Assembly (NCBI GenBank): GCA_963841915.1
Contig: CAWJEN010000005.1
Location: forward strand, 96,001-160,000
Direction of reading: 5' to 3'
Source of the DNA: an uncultured Planctomycetota bacterium
GTDB taxonomy: Bacteria; Planctomycetota; Phycisphaerae; Tepidisphaerales; Tepidisphaeraceae
Length of the DNA stretch: 64,000 nucleotides
Position numbers and translations under genes: made by a program. Positions 36,937-46,281 of the stretch are shown one piece after another; positions within the stretch are counted from its first letter, which is position 1; every line of letters begins with the position of its first letter. Under the pieces are notes generated by a model. That model searched no databases, was not told the DNA's origin, and was given only the letters and a program-made list of their open reading frames with translations.

Positions 36937-37904
36937 CCAGGCCGCTGACGCATCTCGACGCTGACGGCCAAGCTCGCATGGTCGATGTGGGGGCCAAGCC
37001 AATGACGGAGCGTCGGGCGACGGCTGAGGCGACGGTCGCGGTCAACGACGACTTGGCGGCCGCTATTGCCCGTGACGCGGTGAAAAAGGGCGACGTTCTG
37101 GCGACGGCCCGCTTGGCCGGCATTGCCGCCGCCAAGCGGACGGCCGACCTCATCCCGCTCTGCCATCCCCTGCCGATTGATGCGGTCGAGGTCGACGTGA
37201 CGCTGGACGACAACGCTGTTCGCATTCGTGCCACCGTCGCGACGACATGGAAGACGGGTGTCGAAATGGAGGCCATGACGGCGGCGAGTGTGGCAGCGCT
37301 CACTGTGGTCGACATGGGCAAAAGCATCGACCGCAACATCGTCATCGAGCAGATCGCCCTCAAAAGCAAGACAGGCGGCCGCGGCGGCGCAACAGGGAGG
37401 GGACGTCAGACGATCGACGCCTGCGTCCTCACCGTGAGCGACCGCGTCAGTCGTGGCGAGCGAACCGACCAAGGCGGACCTGCTGTGTGTGACTGGCTGC
37501 GACGACATTTCAATTGCGAGCCCAACTCGGTCGTCGTCGCCGACGAGCGACAGGCCATCGCGACACAACTCCACGCGTGGCTCGAAGCGTCGCCCGCCTT
37601 GATCCTGACCACCGGCGGCACGGGTTTGTCACCGCGTGACGTCACGCCCGAGGCGGTCGCCCCGCTGCTCGATCGTCCGCATCCACAGCTGCTCGATCTT
37701 GCACGTCAGCGGCTGCTCCAGTCGACGCCGAAAGCGGCGTTGTCAAGAGGCGTTGCGGGCGTGGCCGGGCGGACGCTGGTCCTGACACTGCCCGGCTCGC
37801 CGAAGGGTGCGGTCGAGACGCTCGACGCCCTTGCCGACGTGTTGCCGCACGCGCTGAAGGTGCTGCGAACCGACGGCGACCCGCACGAAACGGGGGCAGC
37901 GTGA
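36933..37904 (+). CDS. moaCB: MoaC-MoaB/MogA fusion
   Basis: MVDV..K, LIPLCHP, TGVEMEA, DMGK, KTGG, then TVSD, TTGGTGLSPRDVTPEA, LPGSP. Confidence 0.92.
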   Translation: MTRPLTHLDADGQARMVDVGAKPMTERRATAEATVAVNDDLAAAIARDAVKKGDVLATARLAGIAAAKRTADLIPLCHPLPIDAVEVDVTLDDNAVRIRATVATTWKTGVEMEAMTAASVAALTVVDMGKSIDRNIVIEQIALKSKTGGRGGATGRGRQTIDACVLTVSDRVSRGERTDQGGPAVCDWLRRHFNCEPNSVVVADERQAIATQLHAWLEASPALILTTGGTGLSPRDVTPEAVAPLLDRPHPQLLDLARQRLLQSTPKAALSRGVAGVAGRTLVLTLPGSPKGAVETLDALADVLPHALKVLRTDGDPHETGAA

Positions 37905-38650
37905 AGTGGCTCATCGGCGGCCTGTCGCTGCTGCTCCTGGCACTGCTTGTTCTGATGCTCGTGCCGGGCCCGCCGAGTGAGCCGGCATTTCGCATCGGCG
38001 TCGCTTCCAGTCTCGAGCCGTCGCTCGGCCACGCGCTGAACGAGTGGGCGGATACGAAGGATGAATGGGTGCAAGTCAGCTTTGCTTCGAGCGGACACAC
38101 GAGCAGCCGGCTGCGGTTGGGTCTCGACCTCGACATCGTGGTGCTTGCCGACGCGGCCCTTGCCGATCGTTTGGCAGCGGACGGCTACCTGCAGAACCTG
38201 CTACCGATTGCTGGAAATCGGCTCGTTGTCGTCGCGGCTCCGGGAGGTGAGGCGACAAGTGACAACTGGCAGGAGCTGGTCGTCGCGACGGGCGAGCCGG
38301 ACGTCGTCCCGCTCGGCCGCTACGCCAAGCAAGCGATGGGAACATCCTGGGACTTTGTCGACCTCATCTTCGGCGGCAGCGCGCGGCAGGTCGTCTCATA
38401 CGTACAGCAGGGCCAGGTCGACGCGGCCATTGTCTACGCGACCGACGCGGGCGACCTCGCCATTCTGCACGCGTTCGATCCGTCACTGCACGACCCGATT
38501 CTGTACGTCGCGGCACAGGTCGTTCACCCGTCGGCCCGTGTCGACGGTAAGCCGAAGCCGCAATTGCACGAAGAGGTGCTCGACCTGCTTCGCAGCGACG
38601 AGGTTCGACAGACCCTGCTTGATGCCGGTTTCAGAGAGGTGACACCGTGA
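37901..38650 (+). CDS. modA: Molybdate ABC substrate-binding protein
   Basis: ASSL, FASSG, N.LVV, VPLGRYA, VYATDA. Confidence 0.85.
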   Translation: MKWLIGGLSLLLLALLVLMLVPGPPSEPAFRIGVASSLEPSLGHALNEWADTKDEWVQVSFASSGHTSSRLRLGLDLDIVVLADAALADRLAADGYLQNLLPIAGNRLVVVAAPGGEATSDNWQELVVATGEPDVVPLGRYAKQAMGTSWDFVDLIFGGSARQVVSYVQQGQVDAAIVYATDAGDLAILHAFDPSLHDPILYVAAQVVHPSARVDGKPKPQLHEEVLDLLRSDEVRQTLLDAGFREVTP

Positions 38651-39286
38651 CACCGGCCGCGGCGTGGTTGACGGTGCAGATCGCCACGGCCGCGACGGTG
38701 CTGGCGACGCTCGTGGCGGTGCCGGCCGCCTGGTGGTTCTGCGGGCGTCGCGGCGTACCGAAGACGGTGGTCGAGACGCTGCTCCTGTTGCCGCTCGTCA
38801 TGCCGCCGACGGTGGTCGGCTTGGCGCTTGGTGTGGTGCTCGGCAGGAACGGACCATTGGGCTGGGTTGGGTTTTCGCTGCTGTTCACGCCGACGGCGGC
38901 GGTGCTGGCGGGTGCGACGGTGGCGCTGCCGTTGGTTTATCTTGCCGAGCCGCAGTGCCTTTGCGGCCGTCGATGATGATCTGGTCGCGGCGGCAAAGAC
39001 GTTGGGGGCAGGTCCACTGGAGCTGGCGTGGCACGTGTATTGGCCGATCGCGCGGCGCGGCGTGCTGGCGGGCGTGACGCTGGGCATGGCCCGGGCACTC
39101 GGCGAGTTCGGAGCGACCCTGATGGTGCTCGGCTGGCAGCCTGACCGGCAGACGCTATCGATCGCCATCTACGGCCACTTCGAGCGCGGCAACCTGTCGG
39201 CAGCCTTTGTCCCGGCCGGGCTGCTCGCCGTGGCCGGGGCAGCGCTCATGCTCCTTTACAACCGGCTGAGTCGCGTCGCGGTGTGA
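38647..39286 (+). pseudogene. modB: Molybdate ABC permease with a +1 frameshift near 38942 (sequence error or pseudogene)
   Basis: LPLVMPPTVVG lies in one frame and ARALGEFGAT in the next. Confidence 0.85.
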
Positions 39287-39368
39287 CGTCAGATAACCCG
39301 GCGGCGGCTTGTTTCTGCAGGTTGCTTTTGGTCTGCCCTGCAGAGTCGGCCGATGCAAACCGGCCGCT

Positions 39369-41543
39369 ATGCCAGATTCTCCCGCTGTCGTTACTCCTGA
39401 GATCCTGCCGGCTGACCGTTTGGGTCAGCTGTCGACGCTGCTGAACGGTGCAGCCGCCGACGACCTGCCAGGTTTGGCCGATGCCCACTCGGCGTTCGAG
39501 TCGTTACTCGGCTCGCTAGACGAGGCAAATCTTGACGCAGAGCGTCTTGAGCAGATGAAGACGGCTGCCTCGACGGGTGCCGAGTCGCTGGAGAAGCTGA
39601 TTCTGGCTGATGTCGAGGATGCGCAGGCGGAGCTGAATAATGTCCGTCAGATCGCAGGTGATCTGGCCGCTTTGTTCAACGGCGAGTCAGTCAAGCGACG
39701 CGAGTCGGCCCCGCCGACGGTACCGATCGGCGAGGTCGGTGGCATCATCACGAATGAGTCAGTCGAGCCTGTTGAAGAAGAGGCTCCCGCTTCCACCGCA
39801 AAGGCCGTCGAGCTGAGCGAGGACGATCTGCCGTTGCTGATCGAGTTCGTGACGGAGGCCAACAGCCACCTCGAACAGGCCGAGCAGGACCTGCTGACGC
39901 TGGAAGACGATCCGACGGACGTCGAAGCGATCAGCTCGCTTTTTAGGGCATTTCACACGATTAAGGGTGTCGCCGGCTTCATGAACCTGGGTCAGGTGCA
40001 GTCGCTGGCCCATGCGACGGAAAGCCTGCTCGATCAGGCACGCGAGGGTAAGTTGTCGTTGACGGGTGACGCGACGGGCATTGTGCTCGAGTCGCTGGAC
40101 CTGATGAAAGAGCTCATTGTCGAGCTTGACGCCGCCGCCAAGAGCGACCGTCGCGTGGAGCATCGGCCCGAGGTCGACAGCCTGTCGAAGCGACTGAGCC
40201 TGTTCGTCGAGTCGGGTGGGAAGCAGCTCGTCGAGGATCACGACACACGAACGACGGAGGATCGCCGGAAGCAGGACGTGCCGGTAGACGGCGCGGATCG
40301 TCGTCAGCCCGATGCCGACCGACGCGCTCCACGCACCACCGGTGACGGTACCGTCAAGGTCGCGACCAATCGCTTGGACTCTCTCATCGACACGGTCGGC
40401 GAGCTCGTCATCGCCAACGCCATGGTGACGCGTGACGTTACCGACATCGCGATGAAGGACCCGCGACTGGGCCGCAACGCCGCGCAGATGGGCAAAATCG
40501 TCCGCGAACTGCAGGACCTGTCGATGGGCCTGCGCATGGTGCCCGTCGGCAACGCCTTCCGCAAGATGACGCGCGTCGTCCGTGACGTTGCCCAGAAAGC
40601 CGGCAAGAAGGCCGAACTCGTCATCGTCGGTGGTGACACGGAACTGGATCGAAACGTGGTCGACGCGCTCGGCGACCCGCTCGTCCACATGGTCCGCAAC
40701 AGCGTCGACCACGGCCTGGAGACACCCGAAGAGCGCGAGGCCGCCGGGAAGTCACCGGTGGGTCGCGTCGAACTGCGGGCGCAACACAAGGGCGGTGCGA
40801 TCAACATCGAGATTGCCGACGACGGCAAGGGCCTGAACGCCGAGAAGATCATCGCCAAGGCGCGCAAGAACGGCATTATTGGGGAACACGAGCAGATCAG
40901 CGACGCCGACGCGTACCGCCTCGTCTTCCACGCCGGACTCAGCACGGCCGAGAAGGTCAGCGACATCAGCGGTCGCGGCGTCGGAATGGACGTCGTCAAG
41001 CGAAACATCGAATCACTCCGCGGCCGTATCGACATCACGAGCGAGCCCGGCAAGGGCAGCACCTTCACCATCCGACTGCCGCTGACGCTTGCGGTCATTG
41101 ACGGCCTCGTCATCCGCGTCGGCCCGGGTCCAAATGCACGCGAGAACGACAAAGGCCAGCGCTACATCCTGCCGATCAATTCGGTTGAGCAGTCGATGCG
41201 TCCGACGCCCGAGATGCTCAGCACCGTACAAGGTCGCGGCGAAGTGCTGCACGTTCGCGGCGAGCTGTTGCCGCTCGTGCGGCTGCACCGCCTGTTTGCT
41301 GTCGAGCCCAAGTCGACGGTGCCGAACGAAGCGCTGGTCGTGATCGTTCACGACGCCGACCGCCGTTGCTGCCTCCTGGTCGATGACTTGCTTGGGCAGG
41401 AACAGGTCGTCATCAAGTCGCTGGGCTCACTCGGCGAAAGCATCGGGCCGATTAAGGGAGTCAGCGGCGGTGCCGTGCTGGGCGACGGCACGGTTTCGCT
41501 CATCCTCGACGTGCCGACGCTCCTCGAAATTGCAGAAGACTGA
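39369..41543 (+). CDS. cheA: Chemotaxis histidine kinase
   Basis: FRAFHTIKG (HPt), GELVI, HMVRNSVDHG, DDGKG, SGRGVGMDVV, CheW-like C-terminus. Confidence 0.96.
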   Translation: MPDSPAVVTPEILPADRLGQLSTLLNGAAADDLPGLADAHSAFESLLGSLDEANLDAERLEQMKTAASTGAESLEKLILADVEDAQAELNNVRQIAGDLAALFNGESVKRRESAPPTVPIGEVGGIITNESVEPVEEEAPASTAKAVELSEDDLPLLIEFVTEANSHLEQAEQDLLTLEDDPTDVEAISSLFRAFHTIKGVAGFMNLGQVQSLAHATESLLDQAREGKLSLTGDATGIVLESLDLMKELIVELDAAAKSDRRVEHRPEVDSLSKRLSLFVESGGKQLVEDHDTRTTEDRRKQDVPVDGADRRQPDADRRAPRTTGDGTVKVATNRLDSLIDTVGELVIANAMVTRDVTDIAMKDPRLGRNAAQMGKIVRELQDLSMGLRMVPVGNAFRKMTRVVRDVAQKAGKKAELVIVGGDTELDRNVVDALGDPLVHMVRNSVDHGLETPEEREAAGKSPVGRVELRAQHKGGAINIEIADDGKGLNAEKIIAKARKNGIIGEHEQISDADAYRLVFHAGLSTAEKVSDISGRGVGMDVVKRNIESLRGRIDITSEPGKGSTFTIRLPLTLAVIDGLVIRVGPGPNARENDKGQRYILPINSVEQSMRPTPEMLSTVQGRGEVLHVRGELLPLVRLHRLFAVEPKSTVPNEALVVIVHDADRRCCLLVDDLLGQEQVVIKSLGSLGESIGPIKGVSGGAVLGDGTVSLILDVPTLLEIAED

Positions 41544-41566
41544 TCCCGCCGTTCAAGCCAAACAAC

Positions 41567-42097
41567 ATGAAAACAAGCCCCATCAACATCGACGTGCAGG
41601 CCGAACAAGCCAATGCCGGCGGTAAGTACCTGACCTTCGCCCTCGGCGACGAGGGGTACGGCCTCGAGATTCTCAAGGTCCGCGAGATCATCAAGTACAT
41701 GGACATCACGCAGGTGCCTCGCACGCCCAACTACGTTCGCGGCGTCATCAACCTGCGTGGCCAGGTCATCAGCGTGGTCGACCTCCGTTCGAAGTTCGAG
41801 ATGGAGCAAGCCGAGCCGACCGATGAGACGTGCATCGTCGTCGTCGAAAGCGGTGACGGCCGCGACGGTCGCAAGACGACGACCGGCGTCATCGTCGACC
41901 GGGTCAGCGAAGTGCTGTCAATCGCGACCGACCAGATCGAAAACGCCCCGCCGCTTGGTGCGGGCGTGCGGAGCGACTTCATTCTCGGCATGGGCAAGGT
42001 CGGTCAGCAGGTCAAGATCCTGCTCGACATCGACTGCGTACTGGCAGGCGACGTCCGCGTGGACGTGGATGCCGACCAGCTCGCCATGGCCGCCTGA
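41567..42097 (+). CDS. cheW: Chemotaxis coupling protein
   Basis: YLTF.L..E.YG..ILKVREI, GVINLRG, GVIVDRVSEV. Confidence 0.95.
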   Translation: MKTSPINIDVQAEQANAGGKYLTFALGDEGYGLEILKVREIIKYMDITQVPRTPNYVRGVINLRGQVISVVDLRSKFEMEQAEPTDETCIVVVESGDGRDGRKTTTGVIVDRVSEVLSIATDQIENAPPLGAGVRSDFILGMGKVGQQVKILLDIDCVLAGDVRVDVDADQLAMAA

Positions 42098-42107
42098 GCT
42101 GTGTCTG

Positions 42108-45100
42108 CTAGCGACCTAGCAGTGCGCCCAGCGTCTCACCAAACTCGCCGAGGACGGCGGGTGCGGCTCGTGGACTCTCGACCGTGCCGCTGAGTTGCAG
42201 CGCGCTTGCCTGCGACTGAATGGCGTCGAGAATCTCCTGGGCACCGGACAGGAACGGCAGGCCGAAGGCGTCGAGCGGTTTGGCGAGCACGATGACCGTG
42301 CCGGACAGAGGTTGTGGCCCAGCACCGAAAACGTCACGAATGGTGGCGTTTCCGCGGATCTCGACACCGTCGACATAAGCGCGAAGCCCGCTGATGAACG
42401 CGGTGCCGTTGTCAATGCGTGCCGACAGGTCGACCTCGTCGCGGGCGGGCAGTTGGATGAGTTTGGCGGCTTCGAGAATGACGCGGAAGACGTCGATGGT
42501 GCCGAGCCGTGCCTCTCGGATCTTGACGTCGATGTTGCCGTTGAACGCCGACGCCGCGGCCAGGCTGCCGGTGAGCGACTCTTCGCCGAGCGCCGCCCCG
42601 CGTCCGCCTGCGGCGAGTGAGAGCGGGCCAAAGACGTTGCCGTTGAAGCTCATCACACCCTCGAGCTTGTCCCGCTCGAGCAGCGGGCCGAGCTGGCCGA
42701 GGTCAAAGTTGATACCGGTGAACGACGCCTGACCGAACTGGTCACCGCCGAGCGTGCCGTCCTCGTTGAGCGCGCGACGGTCGCGGTATTTCAGGTAGCC
42801 GTCGAACGAGCCACCGGCGACGAAGAGCCGGGCGCGTTCGGTGCTGGCGACGGTGAAGTCGTACTCGCTACGCGGTGCCGAGCCGTCCGGGCGGTCGGCA
42901 CGGCTGAAGTAGGCGACCACCTGACCGCGGTCGATGTCGACCGACCGCCATCTTGCGCTCTCTCCGCTAAAGGCGGCGTCGAACAGGATGTCGCCCTTGG
43001 GACGTGCACCAGGCGCGGGACGAACGTTCAGCGCGAAGTTCACCTCACCCTCGGCCCCTTCGGGTAGTTGCATCCGCTGAGCGAGCGGTTCGAGCAAGGC
43101 CGTGCCGCGGACCCAGACGTTGCTGCGACCGGGCAGGTCACCAAGCAGAAGAGAGCCGCCGCCACGGATGTGTCCAATGTTGGGCAACTGGCCGCGGATC
43201 TCGCGGATCTCGATCGTCTCGCCGAGGCCCAGGATGTCGAGCTTGGCGTCGAGAATCGGTTCGAGGTCGAACAGGTTCGGCCCAACAAACCCTTTCAGGC
43301 CCGCATCGAGCTCGCCGGCAAAACGGATCGGCGAGTTGAACTGCGGCCCTTCGACGTTCTCGTCGACAGCCTCTTCCTCAAGGTAAATCACCAGTTCCTG
43401 GCTCTTGAGCCGGAGCGTCGCCGCGGCCGCGTACGTGTCACCGAGCAGGTCAGGCGCCGGCGTCAGCGGATAACCGTCGGCCAGCAGATTGCGGACCGTC
43501 AGCTTCGGCGGAGCGTTGAGGTCGTACTCCAACGTCAAACTAATCGAGCGATCTGCCGTCTCCATTTCCACGCCCTCCGCCACGTCCGGCTGGAAGAAGG
43601 GATCGGCATCCGTCACCGGATCGACCAAGCCCTCTGGCATAGCGCGAACGACCCTGATCGGCAGCAACACGCGGCCCTCGAGGTAGGCGGGGTCGAGCGT
43701 GATCGTGTCGGCCACAGGGCCGAACGCGGTGGCGAGGTCGGTCACCGTGATCGAGCTGGCGGCCTTGATGCGGTTGGCGTCGAAGCCGCTGAGCGTGGCC
43801 TCGAGCGTCAGGTCAATGTTGCCCGTCGCCGGTTCGCCACCGACCTCTAACGCGATGGCTTCGCAGAGGCGGCCGACCGACAGGTCGTCGATGTCGACGG
43901 TCACCACACCCGGCAGCGTCACGTCGTACGGCACGTCGGCCGACACGGCCATTTGCGAGCCGAACAGGTCAGCGTCGGTTGTCTCAAACGTCAGCCGGTC
44001 AGGCGTCACGTTGGCCACAAACCCCGTCGCCAGATCACCCAGCTCGTACGGGCCGAAGGCAAAACCTTGTGCGTCAAGACGCCCTTCGGCACGTAGGTCG
44101 CTCGCCAGCGGGTCGCCCCAGATCGTCAAGTACGACGTCAGATCGCCGCTGAATTGGATAGAATCGTCGTTTGCCGGATCGCCTTGATTGCCGGGCGCGC
44201 CGGGGTCGACGGCAAACTTGTTCTCGGCCAGCTCGTAATCGGGTGGCGGATCAAAGCCATCCCCCTCACGTCGCACGAGCGTGATGTCGAGCGACAATGG
44301 CGGCGATGGCTCGCCGGCATCGTTCGGTTTGGGGTCGACGATGTACCACCCGCCGCCGTAGACGTTGATGTCGCCGTACCGGGCGTAGATCGAACCAATC
44401 TCGACCGGCCGCAGCTCGTTGTCGGCGACTTGCCCTTTGAAGACCGCCCCGAAGCCGAGCGGTAGCGGCACGTCGATCCGCGGTACCTGCACCGGCCAGT
44501 CGCTGGCGTCGACCCACAGGCCGTAGTTCGCCGCCCGCTTCGACTCGACCTCGCTGTCGGGCTGCGGGAGGTAGAAGATGCCCTCTGCCGAGAGAGAGCC
44601 GCTGCCGTCGACGGTCTCGAGCTTGGCCAGGCGGATGTGCGGGTCATCGACCGACTTGCGATCGGCGTCGAGCCGCACTTCGATCTTCGACCGGATCGCC
44701 GGGATCGGCAGGTCGTCGGTCTCCGGGCCGCCTTTGGCCAACACGCCTTCGGGCAGGCCCAGCTCGATGTCGAGCGTGGTGAAGTCGTGGAAGTCGTACC
44801 CGTAGACCTCGACGCGGGCCGACGCATTCTCAAAGGTGCGGCCGGCCGCCTCGCCGCTGGTTTCGAGCACAAGCGACCCGCGCGGCTCACCGAATCGGCC
44901 GTACCACAAGTCGCCCGTGAGGCTGCCGGTGAGCTTGATGCCACCGGCCGGCTGAAGGTTCTGGAAGCCGACAACGGCCGACAGCGTTTCAGACTCGAGC
45001 CCGACGACGATGTCCTCGACCAGCACGTTGCCACCGAGCAGATCGAGCAGCAAACCTTCAATGCTGGCCGCGTCGGGCGTGAGCTGGATCTTGCCGGCCA

Positions 45101-46238
45101 CAACCTGGACCGGCCCGTCAACGCCCGGCACGTTCTCGAGGCGAAGCCGCTGCGGGCTTTTTCCCTTCGTGGCGGCCGGTTCGACGGTGATGATGCCGTC
45201 GAGCAGATTGACCGTCAGATCGCCAAGCGCCTCGACGCCGACGGCAGTCGTGCCTTTGTTGAAGCTCAAAACACCGTCGATGCCGCCGTCGCTCGTGAAC
45301 GCGCCGGTCCAACCGACGTTTCCTGCGAACTCGGGCAGCGACACGAACGGCTCGGCGAGCTTGCGCAGCCCGTCGGTGACAACAATGCGAGCCTCTTGCG
45401 TGCGGCCGTTGTGCGGCGTCAGGCTCGCCCGGATCTCGGCCACGTCGGGCGCGTCGATCTTTGCCCGGTAAATTAGTGGCGACGTGTCGCCGGCCTCGAT
45501 GACCAGGCCGGTAAGTCGCTCTTCGTCCCCGGCGTTGTTGCGGACGATGACGGTGCCGTCGATCAGCTCGATGTCAGGCAGCGGCGGGAGGCTGATGGCC
45601 GACGGGCCCGTGTCGGGCGACGACGAGGAGCCGCCCGCACTGGCGAGCAGATCGAGCGACTGAAGAAGGGTCCAGTCGCCGGCGTCGCTTTGCGTCATGT
45701 AAACCGTCGGCGACTCGACCCGCACCAGACTTGGCAGCGGCGACCCGCCCGTCAAGACTTTGAGAGCGAGCAGCGGCAACGGGTCGAGTTCCGCGTAAAT
45801 CGTCGGCACCTCGATGACCTTGTCTCCCTCGGCCTCTGCCTCACCGGGCAGGCGGACGACAAGGTCTGTAATGGTGACGCCACCACCCCAGCCGATGTCG
45901 AGGTTGCCGAGCGAAACGTCGTGGCCGACGAGGCCGGTGGCGATCTCTTGCGCGATCGATCGGGGCAGCGACGACTGCAAGGCGACTGAGATGGCGACAA
46001 AGCCGATCAGCAGAACGATCAACAGCAGCGTGATGGCGGCGGCGAGACGCCTGAGCCAGCGGCTGATGAACCCGTGTCGTGGCTCGACGTGACGGACATT
46101 GTCGACGATGACGTGCCGTGGTTCGTCGACAGACGGCTGCTTGTCGACCGTGTCGGCGGACGGCTTCTCCTCGACCACGGCAGGTGTCTGCTCGGCGTCG
46201 GCGTTGGGCTTGGGTTGTTCGGGAGTCGAGTCGGCCAT
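42108..46238 (-). CDS. Large AsmA/TamB-like envelope protein
   Basis: 1376 aa; single N-terminal TM segment followed by a long beta-rich region; C-terminal 'LSGTVESP' AsmA-like ending. Confidence 0.65.
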   Translation of the reverse strand: MADSTPEQPKPNADAEQTPAVVEEKPSADTVDKQPSVDEPRHVIVDNVRHVEPRHGFISRWLRRLAAAITLLLIVLLIGFVAISVALQSSLPRSIAQEIATGLVGHDVSLGNLDIGWGGGVTITDLVVRLPGEAEAEGDKVIEVPTIYAELDPLPLLALKVLTGGSPLPSLVRVESPTVYMTQSDAGDWTLLQSLDLLASAGGSSSSPDTGPSAISLPPLPDIELIDGTVIVRNNAGDEERLTGLVIEAGDTSPLIYRAKIDAPDVAEIRASLTPHNGRTQEARIVVTDGLRKLAEPFVSLPEFAGNVGWTGAFTSDGGIDGVLSFNKGTTAVGVEALGDLTVNLLDGIITVEPAATKGKSPQRLRLENVPGVDGPVQVVAGKIQLTPDAASIEGLLLDLLGGNVLVEDIVVGLESETLSAVVGFQNLQPAGGIKLTGSLTGDLWYGRFGEPRGSLVLETSGEAAGRTFENASARVEVYGYDFHDFTTLDIELGLPEGVLAKGGPETDDLPIPAIRSKIEVRLDADRKSVDDPHIRLAKLETVDGSGSLSAEGIFYLPQPDSEVESKRAANYGLWVDASDWPVQVPRIDVPLPLGFGAVFKGQVADNELRPVEIGSIYARYGDINVYGGGWYIVDPKPNDAGEPSPPLSLDITLVRREGDGFDPPPDYELAENKFAVDPGAPGNQGDPANDDSIQFSGDLTSYLTIWGDPLASDLRAEGRLDAQGFAFGPYELGDLATGFVANVTPDRLTFETTDADLFGSQMAVSADVPYDVTLPGVVTVDIDDLSVGRLCEAIALEVGGEPATGNIDLTLEATLSGFDANRIKAASSITVTDLATAFGPVADTITLDPAYLEGRVLLPIRVVRAMPEGLVDPVTDADPFFQPDVAEGVEMETADRSISLTLEYDLNAPPKLTVRNLLADGYPLTPAPDLLGDTYAAAATLRLKSQELVIYLEEEAVDENVEGPQFNSPIRFAGELDAGLKGFVGPNLFDLEPILDAKLDILGLGETIEIREIRGQLPNIGHIRGGGSLLLGDLPGRSNVWVRGTALLEPLAQRMQLPEGAEGEVNFALNVRPAPGARPKGDILFDAAFSGESARWRSVDIDRGQVVAYFSRADRPDGSAPRSEYDFTVASTERARLFVAGGSFDGYLKYRDRRALNEDGTLGGDQFGQASFTGINFDLGQLGPLLERDKLEGVMSFNGNVFGPLSLAAGGRGAALGEESLTGSLAAASAFNGNIDVKIREARLGTIDVFRVILEAAKLIQLPARDEVDLSARIDNGTAFISGLRAYVDGVEIRGNATIRDVFGAGPQPLSGTVIVLAKPLDAFGLPFLSGAQEILDAIQSQASALQLSGTVESPRAAPAVLGEFGETLGALLGR

Positions 46239-46281
46239 CCGTGGTCGTCAGTCTACATCAGCGGGTTGTCAGCGGAACGTC

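Noticed and set aside
39325..39360. Sigma28-like GCCGAT upstream of cheA
   Set aside because: No convincing -35, and GCCGAT is frequent in GC-rich DNA
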